Shown: one piece after another, positions 40,473 through 53,394 of the stretch | Numbering within the stretch: position 1 is the stretch's first letter | Layout of the letters: every line of letters starts with the position of its first letter | From: Hemiscyllium ocellatum | Lineage: Eukaryota | DNA: 64,000 nucleotides | Reading direction: 5' to 3' | NCBI RefSeq assembly: GCF_020745735.1 | Contig: NC_083406.1 | Span: 79,089,164-79,153,163, forward strand | Translations under genes and position numbers: made by a program | Notes under the pieces: model-generated | What the model was told of the DNA's origin: nothing | Databases searched by the model: none | What the model saw: only the letters and a program-made list of their open reading frames with translations

Positions 40473-40822
40473 AAGGATCAGGATAACCTTGAAAGAAAAT
40501 GGTGTTTCTTCTCCTCTCTAAATCTATTCTCCTTTTGTGTTTCATCTCAAATGCTGAAAATTGAGATTTTTCATTTTCAGTGAAGCAGCACATACTTAGT
40601 GCTAAAACTGACCAAAATATATATTTTGTGCCCAGATGTTCTAAATTGCTGCTATTATTGTCAGTCCTTATACTAATTGCAAAATTCAAAATTTAATTGG
40701 AATCTTCTTTTTGACTCTATTGATTTTGCATCTGCTTAGTTTATAGGCATTTAACATTTTTGTTGAAGATTTAGTGGATTGTTAGCAAATTAAAAAATAA
40801 TTTATTTAATCATTTTCAACAG

Positions 40823-40910
40823 AATAAATCCACGAAAATTAATAAATATTCAGGCAAAGCTGGAAGCTTTTTTAGCCCAAGAGCTAGAGCTGAAAGAACG
40901 AGCACAACGA
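40823..40910 (+). CDS. DDX10: DDX10 exon 11
   Basis: caacag acceptor, gtgagt donor, 88 bp; INPRKLINIQAKLEAFLAQELELKERAQR. Confidence 0.95.
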
Positions 40911-41569
40911 GTGAGTCTTTTAATTGCTGATCATTTCAACTATATGTATACTGTTAACATTTTGTAAACACATTAAGGGATACAATCAATTGCCAGTTTT
41001 TTTTTCTCTCTTTTTCACTCACTTTCTCTCTTTCACGCTCTCTCTCGTGTCATTGGAATTATGCCGATAATTAGGTTATTCGTTGATAATCGGATTTGTT
41101 GTGTCCTTGAACAACACACACAAAGTTGCTTCATTAGCTTAAAACTGTGTCATTTTATCATCAGCCTAATTTTCGTAAGCTTATGATCAAGTGGGGGACA
41201 AAAACTATCCAGAAGACGTCGAGCCTTAGTGTTTGTGGCCATTGCAGCATTCTCATGCCATATCTTTGACAAAAGTATGCTTGAAGGGTGGGTTGATGGG
41301 TGTTGTGGGCCTTGTTGTAGTGTTATCATGATGATGTTCTGAGCCCAGAACTTTCCATCCTTTTCACACCTGGTCTTTAATGTAGGAAGGAAGGAATGAG
41401 AAGCTTTGTATTAAGGGGTTTCCCCATAATTCTGTTTGTCAAAGGGACTTCGGTTTTTATTTTTAATTCCTAAATCGTCCTTTTAAGTCTATTTTAGTCT
41501 TAGTTGTTCTAATTGTGTTGTTATTTTGTAATTTATTTTATAATGTCTGAAATGTTTGCTTTATTGCAG

Positions 41570-41658
41570 TGCTATGTGTCCTATATCCGTTCAGTCTATC
41601 TTATGAAGAACAAAGATGTCTTTGATGTTTTCTCAATGCCACTGAAGGAATATGCATT
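41570..41658 (+). CDS. DDX10: DDX10 exon 12
   Basis: ttgcag acceptor, gtaagt donor, 89 bp; CYVSYIRSVYLMKNKDVFDVFSMPLKEYA. Confidence 0.95.
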
Positions 41659-42726
41659 GTAAGTGATATTTTGAGTTTGTGTTGTGTTGCAGGTGGGCAA
41701 AAAGTGGCCTGTAATGTTATCTGGAACAAAATGTGACCAAATTCAACTACAAAGGACAATATTAAATGTCACATATTGAATGTCACCGATAGGTGAACAC
41801 AGTTAGGGTTAAGTGTTCCTTCTGCAGAAATTTAAATTTCACTTGCAGATTGATCTTGTGCAGCTTAATTTTTTTTTTGTACAAGATTGAGGTTGAATCT
41901 TTATTAGTATGATTTGTGCTTCCATTTTAGTGTAGCAGTGTTTTTACTTATTTTCCTCCTCCATCTTCCTCTGTGGCCTGCTACTTTTGTAATAAATCTG
42001 AAACTTTCTGTTGGTTAAAAATAAGTTATCTTTTTAATAGGCATCTATCATTCCAGTGAATGAATTAGGTGTTCACTATAGAGGAATGATTTATGCTGTG
42101 GGAACCAGTTGTCATTATTTTGGTGAGTGGGTAGGATGAAAGCTAAGGCTGTGCAGTTTATGATTGTGCTTTTTGTGTCAGGAAGTTTAGAAAGAGGTTG
42201 GAGTAATAGGAATGGCCATGGAAAAATATATTTTGATCCTAGCAATCACAATCTCCCAACCCTCCCTGTGATGTTAATCTTTGGTCTGTGTCCCCATTAC
42301 CAATTTGCCAACCAGCAGAAATAATATTTTATTTAAATTTACAAAATTTTTCACAATCTTGAAAACTTCTTACTTTATGATTAAAGTGGGTTAAGTGACT
42401 TTCAGTATAATTTCTTTTTCCTTTATAAATTGTAGTGAATCTTCATTATCATTTCCACAGCACTGACATCCTTCTATTTGAATGTCTAGGACATTTGCGG
42501 CTGAATCGATGTCTTGTAGAAATTTAACAAGACAACTTTGCTTATATGCTAAATACAGTGATGCATGAAATTCCAGAATTACATTTTCTTTTTATATGTC
42601 CTTTCCCACCTAGGTCTTTCTGTTCCATTACCCCAATTGTAATATTATGTTGAGTATATTTTCTTTTGTTGTCTCCTGTTTCACTCCACTGACACATTCG
42701 TGCATCTGTATATTTTATACATTCTT

Positions 42727-43556
42727 AGAACATAAAACATTACAGCGCAGGACAGGCCCTTCGGCCCTCTATGTTGCACTGACCAGTGAAACCAATCTGA
42801 AGCCCATCTAATCTACACTATTCCATTATTGTGGTTCTGTTCGCCGAGCTGGGAATTTGTGTTGCAGAACCACAACAGCTTGGCGAACAGAACCACAACA
42901 ACGAGCACCCGAGCTACAAATCTTCTCCCAAACTTTGAATTATTCCATTATTGTCCGTATTGTTTGTAAATGCCCATAAAGTTGGCGAGTCTATTTCTGT
43001 TGCAGGCTGAGTGTTCAACATCCTTACTACACTCTGAGCAAAGAACCTACATCTGACATCTATCCTGTATCTATCACCCCTCAACTTAAAGCTATGTCCC
43101 CTCGTGCTAGCCATCTCCTTCTGCGGAAAAAGGCTCTCACTGTCCACACTATCTAATCCTCTGATCATCTTGAATGCTTTTATTAAGTCACTCCTCAACC
43201 TTTTCCCTCTCTCTAATGAAAGCAGCCTCAAGTCTCTCAGCCTTTTCACATAAGACCTTCCCTCCATACCAGACAACATCCTGGTAAATTTCCTCTGCAC
43301 CCTTTACAATGCTTCCACATCCTTCCTATAATGCGCCGACCTGAACTGTATGGAATACTCCAAGTGCGGCTGCACTGTAGTTTTGTACAGCTGCAACATG
43401 ACCTCCATGGCCCTGAAACTCCATGCCTCTACCAATAAAAGCTGACACACCATGCACCTTAAAAACCCTATCAGCCTGGGTGGCAACTTGCAGTGATCTA
43501 CACACATGGACACTGAGATCTGTCTGCTCATCCACACTACCAAGAATCTTACCAAT
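42727..43556 (-). mobile_element. CR1-type LINE 3' fragment (interrupted at 42829-42940)
   Basis: Minus ORFs VMLQLYKTTVQPHLEYSIQF and QRKFTRMLSGMEG.SY..RL. Confidence 0.9.
42829..42940. mobile_element. 112-bp hairpin PLE-derived insertion with 14-bp TSD
   Basis: Arms 42829-42851 / 42876-42898; 42-nt tail; tattccattattgt at 42819-42832 and 42941-42954; same family as 39606-39729. Confidence 0.88.
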
Positions 43557-45284
43557 TGCCCAATTCTTTGTTGTTTGCTAGGATTCCATATTTGGTATCA
43601 TCAGAAAGCTATTATTCTTTTGTTTGTTCTGTAACTCATAACTGATTGTTACACCAGTATTTGACTTAGGCCATTTTGAAAAATAGAAATTAGTTATTCC
43701 TCTTTCCCGTTTTACCAGCAGAAAAAAATTGAAATAGCAGAATACTGCCCTTTGTCAGTATGCTTACATGACAGTATCAATGTAGAATGCATGAATAGTA
43801 TTTACAACATTTTATTTCTGTTTACTTTGCTGAGAGAATGTATTTATTTATCCATGTAGTTATTTATTGTTGAATTTGCTTCCCTGCAGTTTTAGGTTCT
43901 GATGTTTGTGAGGAGAATTGAATGGTAGAAGATTGGTAAATTGATAGCATTCATCTTTGCTGGCATAGACATAATTATCTTATGTGTCTCTCAATAGCGA
44001 GACTTTAGCTGCAAGTTCAAACCTAAGTAAATTGGGTACCAGGCAATGTAAATGATTTGAGATTATGAAGACATCAGCTAGGTAATAGTTTGTGTAGTAA
44101 AGCAAATTGGTAGTGGAAAGTTAAAGAATTGATGTTGATATAAAACACTTTGTGTATTTAAAATTCAGTACTTTTGATAAAATGTGTAACATTTACAAAT
44201 CCTGTGAGAATATGCTACAGGGAATAAGTAAATCCATTTGTTCAATTTGATACATTGATTATAGTGTATTAAGCCGACTGTAAATTCTATTGTTCTTCCT
44301 TGTTTATGATATCCTCGGAAATGTTATAGTTATTGTTCAGTTCTGAGTGGATAAATGTTAGCTAAACGTTTACCTGACCTACATTTGGGAAAAGCGGAAA
44401 GAAGTTGCAACCTCACCATTCTGAACAGCGGAGTATTTGAAGTCTCATTTCAAATTAAATTAAAGGAACAAAGATTGTGAATATAATTGACAAGTCAGGT
44501 AGCATTTCTAGGTCTTTTACAAGTAAATGAGACAGGTCTTGGTTTAATGTCTCATCTGAAAACAGCTCCCACGCGTGCCTTCAATACTGTACTGGAGCAT
44601 CGGACAAGAACTTTATGCTGAGGAACTGAAAGGCTAGAAGTGCATATTTGTAACAAAGATGTAGAGTTGATGGATGTGATGGATATTTTTATTTTATTCA
44701 ACTCTAAGTTTTGTTATACATTTGATTTAATTATACATTTGATATTTTGTTCACATGCTTTAAGTACTGTGCAATTCTGATCTCCATTGGGAAAAGGGAT
44801 ATAGAAACCATAGAAGAAGTTGCAAAAAAGATTAGCTGGAATGCTACTACATAAAAAGTTTATACCAATCCAGGAAAGGACAAATAGTCAGGTGCACTGT
44901 TTGACACAAAAAAAGAAGGCTGAGGGAAAACCTGATCAAGGTCTTCAAAATTGAGAAACAGACAAAGAAAAACCAACAGACAGAAAGTGTATTTTGGTTT
45001 GTGAGGACAAATATCATAAAGGCTGTTGATGTAGGATAGCCTCCAAGAAACCAAATGGAAAGTTAGGATGAAATGTCTTTACCCAAAGAAAGTTGAGAAT
45101 GTTGAAGTTGTCGCTGAAGAATGTGGCTGAGGTAAATAATATAAATTCATTTAAAGTGTGGCTGGATAAGTCCATGAGAAAGAAAGAATAGAGTATTATC
45201 CTGATACATTTTAATGAAGAAGGAAACTAGAGTGGAGTATAAATGCCGGTATGGATGGATTTGTCTGGCTGCCTTGTATATAGG

Positions 45285-45587
45285 TTAGATTCCCTACTAT
45301 GTGGGAACAGGCTCTTTGGCCCAACAAGTCCACACCGATCCTCTGAAGAGTAACCCACCTAGACCTATTCCCCTACATTTACCCCTGACTAATGCACCCA
45401 ACACTATGGGCAACTTGGCATGGCCAGTTCACCTGACATGCACATCTTTGGATTCTGGGAGGAAACCCATGCAAACATGGGGAGAATGTGCAAACTCCAC
45501 ACAGACAGTCACCCGAGGTTGGAATCGAACCCAGGTCCCTGGTGCCGTGAGGCAGTAATGCTAACCACTGAACCACCGTGCCACCCC
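45285..45587 (-). mobile_element. HE1-type tRNA-derived V-SINE, full length
   Basis: Minus strand ggggtggcacggtggttcagtggttagc...gggttcgattcc...tgtgtggagtttgcacattctcccc. Confidence 0.88.
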
Positions 45588-45657
45588 TGTATGTGCTATA
45601 TATTTTATGTATTTCTATGTAAATTGTTTAAAAACATAAAATCTATTTTCATTGCAG

Positions 45658-46096
45658 CTCCCTAGGCCTTGCTGTAGCTCCTCGAATTAGGTTTCTTCAA
45701 AAAGCACTAAAAGGGAACCAGGTACCTTGCGCAGCAGTTGTAGCGCAAGGTACCGATAATGTGGCTGGAAGTTTGCTGGAAGATGCTTCAGATACTGATG
45801 AGGAATTGGAAGATTTTAAGACTCAGTTTAGGGAGCACAAACCCTCTTCCCAAATGGAGACCAGTGAGAAAACTGAAGATGAAAAAGCTGTTGAGGGAAG
45901 TGTGTATGATAAAAACCAAGAAGCTAGTGAAGATGGAGATCCAAGAGACCAAAATGCTGGAGTTGAGAAGGATGAAGGAATAGTCACGTTTCAGTTTTTT
46001 AATGATGATGATGATGATGATGATGACAATGATGAACATGACTTGCTTACAGTGAAACAGTGGGATGTTTTTGGCTTTGAAGCTGAAGAAATGACA
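45658..46096 (+). CDS. DDX10: DDX10 exon 13 (long acidic exon)
   Basis: ttgcag acceptor, gtaagt donor, 439 bp open; starts SLGLAVAPRIRFLQK, ends DLLTVKQWDVFGFEAEEMT; overlaps ORF 45761..46132. Confidence 0.93.
46004..46027 (+). repeat. (GAT)7 GAC coding trinucleotide repeat, poly-Asp
   Basis: Seen directly in exon 13. Confidence 0.9.
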
Positions 46097-47302
46097 GTAA
46101 GTACGATAAGATTTTCCTTCATATTAAGGTAAAGGAATAAAATTAGATATTTGTCTAACACATTTAGCATTTCCTGATTCCTGTTTTTTAACTGGACTTG
46201 AGTCATGTTTATGCAAGTATAACTTTTATGCAGATTTCTTGTAGTTGGTTAGCTGCTAGTTAATTTTACTAAGCACCAACATAAGTAAGTTAAGATTATA
46301 GCTACTATTCAAATAGCATTAAGAAACATTGTGAGAAAAATGACTACTTACACATTTTTAAGCACTTGTGAAAACAGAAAGTTTTTAAAAAAAAAAGGAT
46401 TTACCAGAATATCCCAAACATGCTGTCCAACTGTCTTTGTTTCCTTCCTGACTGTTTATATTTTTGAAGGACTTAAAAAATATCAATTTTTAAAATAGTC
46501 ACATTCCTCAACAACTTACTTAAACTTGCGTATCTTTTTTCTGTTTGAGACATTCCCCTTTTAAGAAGGCTGTGAACTAGCATTTGCGGTCGCATGTTTG
46601 TAGTCTTTTTATCAAACCACTTGTGGACATGAATGAATGCAATGTCACTATTTTATTCTGGGGTCAGATTTTTGCTTTATTTTTAACAGTTTCTGGGAGA
46701 GGTGTTGTTTCTTCTACATTGTATTATTTGCGTGAACTGATCTTCCAAATAAGCCCATCTCTGTGACTTATTGCAATTTTTCTGTCTTAAATTAATTTTG
46801 GTGTTGACTTGTTGACAAAAACTTTAGGTGGGCTGGAAGTAATGTGTATGGTACTGGTCACGACTGGCAGAAGGATATTATTGAGTTGGAAGCAGGTCAG
46901 GCATTTATTAGACTAATACTTGGACTGAGCAAGTTGCCTTAATAACAATTTATTACGGTGAAGGGGGCCGCTATTTGGCACATTGTGCTGGCACTTTGTA
47001 TATTACCTGCCTTTCTTCATACCCCTACTGCTATCTAAAAGAAAATCCAATGCCCTCTTGAATACCTCCGTTGAACCTGCCTCCACCACATTTCCAGGAA
47101 TTCCATACCCTAACAACTCACCATGTGAGACTAAATTTTTCTCCTTGTGTTCTCCTTTTCTTTGTTTGCACACCACTTTAAATCTATGCTGGCTTATTCT
47201 TGGTTTACTCTTTTTGTTTTAGATTTCCAGCATTAGCAGTTCTTCGTTTTATTGCAGAGAATGTTTGAACATTTCTAAGACCGAGGTGGATAGATACTTC
47301 AG

Positions 47303-47845
47303 TAAAACAAAAGAACTGCAGATGCCCAGAAATCTGAAACAAACAAAAACTGAAATTGCTAGGGAACTTTAGCAGGTTTGGCTGTATCTGTGGAGAGAAA
47401 GCAGAGTTTATGTTTCCGGTTAAGTGACGTTTCTTTAGAACTGAAAGCTCGCAAAAGGTGGTTATTATTCTGATGATAGGAGGTGGGAGCAGGGCAAAAG
47501 GATAAGTGGAGATGAAGCAAGTGAGAGAGGGAGGCAGACAAAGGGATTATTGATGGTAACCCAGGAAAGAAGCAAAGATAAGTTAGGTGTTAGTGGGAAT
47601 CTTGAGTAGTTGAAAATAGCTTAGCTGTGCTGAAAGCAAACCACTTTATGACAGGACATCAGGTTGTGGAGTGTTGGTAATAAACGTGAGACAGTGTTCC
47701 TGCTCTGAAATGGTTAAATTTGATGTTGAGGGTGGAGGGCTGTGAGGTCCATCATGCAAGCTGGAGGAGCAGCACCTTGTCTTCTGCTTAGGTACCTTAG
47801 CTTCAGGACTCAAGATCAAGCTTCTCCACAAATTTCTGGTTTGTT
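47303..47845 (-). mobile_element. Older Penelope-like element with short 5' inversion and decayed hammerhead (47406-47441)
   Basis: + oriented EEQHLVFCLGTL GIY-YIG end at about 47760-47800; candidate TSD tggat(a/g)gatactt at 47287-47299 and 47851-47863, inside a CR1 3' remnant. Confidence 0.65.
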
Positions 47846-48045
47846 TGTTATGGATGGATACTTGTTAAGCAAGGGCGTGAAACATCATTGGGGCAGACAG
47901 GACTGAGGATTTGAGGTTACAGCCTGATTAACTATGATTTTACGAATTGTGAAACCGGCACGAAAGGCTGATTGCCCTACTTCTGTGCCTTAATTGTATC
48001 TTTCTGTATATTCTATATTGAGGAGGCAGCCTTGTGTGATATGAT

Positions 48046-48680
48046 TGAGTCATAAAGTTACACAGCACAGTAACGGACCCTTTGCTCCAAATTGTCCACA
48101 CCAACTAGATAGCCTAAACTGATCTAGTCCCATTTACCTGCATTTGGCCCACATCTATCCAAAACCTTCCTGTTCATGTATCCATCTGGATATATTTTAA
48201 ATCTTGTCATTGTACCAGCCTCCACTTCTTCTGCAGCTCATTGCATATATGCAGCACCTTCTGCATGAAAATGTTACACCTCAGATTCCTTTCAAATCTT
48301 TCGTCTCTCACCTTATCCCTCATGATTTTTTAAAACCCCTATAAAGTCACCCCTCAGCCTCTGACCCTTCAGGGGAAAAATGTCCTAGCCTATTCAGCCT
48401 CTCTCTCTAGCTCAAATCCTCTATCCCACAAACATCCTAGTAAGCCTTTTTTTGAACCTGTTCAAATTTAACAACATATTCCAATAGCAGCGAATCAGCA
48501 TTGAAAGTAGTATTCTAAAAGTGGCCTCACCAATGTCCTGTACAGCTGCAACATGTCATCTCAACTCTTATACTCACTGCATGGACCAATGAAGGCAAGC
48601 ATGCCAAAAGTAACCCTGTTGACCTGTGACTCCGTTTTTAAGGAACTGTGAGCCTGCACCCCTGGTTCTCTTTGTTTGGC
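48046..48680 (-). mobile_element. CR1-type LINE 3' fragment
   Basis: Similar to 22065-22710. Confidence 0.85.
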
Positions 48681-49258
48681 AAGATTTGAAAGGGATCTGA
48701 GGTGCAACTTTTTCAAGCAGAAGGTGGTGCTTGTATGGAATGAGCTACCAGATGAAATGGAAGTTGGTACAATTACAAGATTTTAAAATGCACCTGGATG
48801 GATACATTAACAGGGAGGGTTTGGAGGGATATGGGCCAAATGCAGGCAAATGGGACTATCCCTGGAGTGTTGGAAGCTGAGGGGTGATCTTATAGAGGTT
48901 TATAAAATCATGAGGGGCATGGATAGAGTAAATAGACAAAGTCTTTTCCCTCGGGTGGGGGAGTCCAGATCTAGAGGGCATAGGTTTTGGGTGAGAAGGG
49001 AAAGATGTAAAAGAGACCTAAGGGACAACGTTTTCACACAGAGGGTGCATGGGATGAGCTGCCAGAGGGAGTGGTTGGGGGGGGGGGGGGTGGTGGGGAA
49101 GGTGATACATTTGCAATATTTAAAAGGAATCTAAATGGATCTGTAGGGATGTGGGCCAGGTGCTGGCTGGTGGGACTAGATTAGGTTGAGATATCTGGTT
49201 GGCATGGACGGGTTGGACCGACGGGTCTGTTTCTGTGTTGTATATCTCTATGACACTA
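48681..49258 (+). mobile_element. Two tandem CR1-type 3' fragments
   Basis: LSLECWKLRGDLIEVYKIMRGMDRV; similar to 35000-35398. Confidence 0.85.
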
Positions 49259-52200
49259 TAACTTTAGATCAGTTTAGGAAATCTAGTTGGTGCGGACGAT
49301 TTGGACCCTTCGAAACAGAAGACTCCCACCATTAAGTGTATGGGTCCTGCCCTGGCTTTCCTTATCAAGGTGCAACATCTCACATTTAAGCTGCTGAATT
49401 GCTAAGTGAAATCCAGTATTTCCAGTGTTTGGTAAATACTGCACTATAACCACTAACATCACAAACTGTAAGCATCTAAATGGAATCTGTTTGTGTCCTA
49501 TTTCCATTATCAGAGGAGAGGGAACACTCAAAACAATGCAGAGCTTGAAATCACAATTAATACAGCTAAACTAGAAGTTTTGAAATTAATTCTTGTAATT
49601 TTACATAGTGAGAAGTAGTAGTTTAATAAGCGTGACCATATAATTTTCTCAGAGTTTCTTTCTCATTGTTGGGGGAAATTACTAATCATAGTTCAGAGTC
49701 TTAATATTGAAAACTGGAAATCAAATTTAAAATGAATTTGCCATGCAACTTGTTTTTATTCCTGTTTTTACCCATATAATGGCAGTCACTCCAAAGCAAT
49801 TCAATTTTGGTGAAGTGTTTTGTCATAATTGAGAGATGTGAGCAGGCAAAATTTGAGAGGTGGGAGCAGGCACTGCATAAATTGCTATTCAAATCTGTAT
49901 TCTTATGGCTTGTATTTCAAATCTGATCTACTACATTAAGCTGAATGCAAGCACAGGCATACTAAAACATATATGGTGGAAATGGTATTAATTGCTGTAA
50001 ATGTAAACCGAATGCAACGCTATTTTGATAAGGAAATCACTAACAATAATGCAGTTTTTTAATTAGAGGGAATTATGTCAAAATGACTGAAATCTAATCC
50101 TATTTATATCAATCTGAAGCAAAAGAATTGTATATCATCCTGTTTCCCAACAAAACTTCTGCCAACTTGTTCATTTTTTTTCCCAAAGGTTTAAATTTAA
50201 GGTTAGTTGGATATAAAACATTTTTCATTCTTAATTTGCAAAGCTGATGTCAACAGTCCGAAGGGTTCCAGTCCAATATTTCCAGTGATCGTTTGGTCAA
50301 TACTGTATTGTAACCAATAGCATCGCAAACTTTAAGCAGCAAGAATGAATCTGTCCGTGTTAGCTTTTTTCATTACTGGCTACTATTCACTTTCTGATTT
50401 TAATGAAGGAGCGTATAATGTAGTGCAGTTCTTTTCTTTATTCTTTTATGGGATGTGGACATTGCCAACATGGCCTGCATTTGTTCTCCATCTCTTGAAT
50501 GAAATTACCCTTGAATTGATTGGCATGCTAGGTATTCTCAGAGGGCAGTTAAATGTCAGTAATATCACTGTGAGACTGGAATTACATGAAGGCCAGACCA
50601 GGTTAGAGTAGTGGCTTTCCTTCCCTAAAGGATGGCAGTGAACCAGGTGGACATCTGTGCGTACATTCAAGACCACCCCCTTCTTGAAGGGAATTCTCCC
50701 TCATCCCCTGAATAAAAAAAAACGACAAGAAAATGACCATCAATGATGGTTGACGTCAACGCCATCACTGATTTTAGATTTATATTTCGGATTTATTAAC
50801 TGAATTCGGATTTCATCAGCTGCTATGATGGAAGTAGAACGGATGTCCCTAGAGCATTATCCTGGAATTCTGGATTACTCTACCATTATCACTAAGAACT
50901 GCAATAACGTGATCAGCATCATATTGTCCTCTAAGTTGCATACCATCTTGAATTGAGAGTTACCTCCATTCCTCCTTCGCTGGATTAAATTGTGATATGA
51001 TCCCAGCTGCTGGTAATACTGGCTAAGTCAGATCCTGGAATGAAACTTAGTTTGATAGACAGTTTAATTTTTTGCTGTTGGATAACATGGTGATTCATCA
51101 CTGAAGCACATTCACACACTAGGCTGCAGATATTCTTTCACAACAGGCTGTAAGTTTTACAAAATAGGTGGGAAAATAAAAGCTGTGTAGAAGACAGCTA
51201 AAAAGATAAAAATATAATTTGAAACAAAAATCAAGTTTCTACCTGTTCCCCAATGCTACTCATTACAGCGGTACAATTCCAGAGAAATATCACCTCTGTC
51301 TCAGCTTTTAAAATCTTTGCATAACTGATGTTTCCCAAATTCTTTTTCTTGGAGCATTGACTTTTTTTAAAAAATTCTTGTCAGAGTTTGCTGGCAGGAA
51401 CATCTCTCAATTCTGATGGCATATAATTTTTGACAGCGTAAAGTTCTGAAAACCTAACCTGTGTTTAACTAAATGCTCTGGCTTGGAAGTTCCGCAGGCT
51501 AGAAGCCATTTCTGATGAGGTGACCAGTTTTGCTGAACTGACTTGAGAAGCTGTTCTACCTTCTGAACAGAACTTAGCATCTTCTAACCTAAAGTTTTGA
51601 GTCTTTGGTTCTCAACTCAAAATTACACTAATTACTTTTGAGTGTACTCTTTGTCATAAACCGAACAGTACTGGTGTTTTATTTGCTTCATGTTCTCCTG
51701 GACACTTCTTGCAGTCACGTGCTTTCTTTGGAATTAGTGTATTTAGGAGATTGTTTTGAATTGACTTTCTGATATTTTAAAACTAAACCTTCACTGAACT
51801 GACCCATAACCACCTGCCTCTATTTTTGAAATCCAATTCCAAAGTATACTTTACATATTTTTTGCAATTGACATCAACAATGTAATCAAGAAACACTAAG
51901 AAATGCAATAGAGTGATACAGGCAAGAAGGATTGCCTGCTGAAATTTCTCTTCTTTCCAGAAATGAACAGGACTAGAAGAATCTCCTCAGTCTAGGACGG
52001 TGTATAAAAGGTTTCGGTCTGCTTTGGCTTCGTTGGAAATTGAGCTGTTGAGAGAAAGTAATTGTTTAATGTAAAACAAGCATCCAGTTTCTTGGCAACA
52101 AATCCAGGAGCACAATGATAAAGTCTTTCCATTCTGTGTATGCGCCACCTTTTTCGTTAGTGCTGCCCAAAACTGGTTCCACTCAATGTTTCTCAGCACA

Positions 52201-52469
52201 TTTTTAATTGACCAATGCAGTTTTAAATTGGCCACCTCTTACCTGTAACTTGCCAACCACAGGAACTGTCTTTCCTTTGTCTCCTTTTAAAATTTATTCA
52301 TAACTTATGACTTCCTCAAAAAAAATTCTTTTTAGTCTTGTTTACTGAGTAAAAACAGCCAGTATTTCATGTTTCTCTTCATTAAATGTTCTCCTTGGAA
52401 CACCATGATCAGTTTCCACAATGATCTCCATGCATTGTTATGTAAAATGAAAGGAATGAGCATCAACAT

Positions 52470-52770
52470 ATCACCTTTCAAAATGCCAGGACATCCAAAA
52501 GACCTTCATAGTGATTGAAGTATCATTTGAGATATAATTTTGATGAAATTCAACGAAATACAGCAACTATTTGCATGTTGCAAGTTCTTACAAGCAGCAG
52601 TAAGAGAAATAACCAGTTAAAATGTTGGTTGAGTGATGATAAAACAATAGGAGAGTTTCTCCTGCTGTTCAGATAGTACGTCCATCCATGGACTTTGGTA
52701 AAATGTCTCATTTGAAAGAATACGCCTGAATCATTACAGAATTCCTCAGAACTGTAATGCAGTACCAACT
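52470..52770 (-). mobile_element. Old SINE remnant with Deu-domain-like core
   Basis: Diverged reverse-complement similarity to 4480-4720. Confidence 0.5.
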
Positions 52771-53394
52771 CAAATAGCTGCTCAAGGCCTGATTCCAAGT
52801 TGCAAATTCTACTTATTTTTGTGATCTCCAAGATCAAGTACAGCAAGGCCTTGAAAGAAACTGAGATGTGAAAAGGATTTGAAAATGACACCTTCCTGAT
52901 TTTCTTGTGTCTCAGAGGCATCACATTCCTACCAAAGTGATGTTTGTCTGGGGAGCCCATATAATACTTGTTTGACTCTAGTTTACAGATAAGAATTTCA
53001 GGTGTAAATCCTGAGCAGACAGACTAAAATTAAGAATATGTATTTATGAATCGATCCAAAGAATGTCGCCTATATCTGTATGAAGTCTGTATTTTGTAAT
53101 CTTTCCTGTTTTAAATGGCCAGTCTAAGTTATCTATCTCGCTTTAATGTAGTAGCACCTATTGGATGGGACATTTGTGTGTCGCTTGAAATGAAAGCTTA
53201 CAAATGGGGATATTGTTTGTAAAATGGATATCATTTGACAACATATTCGGGGAATCGCAGCATCAGTGACAATGAATTTGCTTTTGGCTTTGTAGTTTGA
53301 CCATCTTACAATATATTTAGTACCAGTCCTAACTCTTTGTAACAGCCACTCAGCTAGCCTAACTTAATTACTCCCTGAATAGCAATTCATTATA

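Noticed and set aside
39606-42940. CRISPR array, intrinsic terminators or miRNA genes for the hairpins
   Set aside because: Eukaryotic intron context, no repeat-spacer periodicity, and the hairpins have TSDs and PLE sequence; small-RNA production cannot be judged from sequence
45500-45587. tRNA gene (A/B boxes)
   Set aside because: It is the tRNA-derived head of an HE1-type SINE; it continues into the V-core and LINE-like tail and recurs at 35870 and 53395
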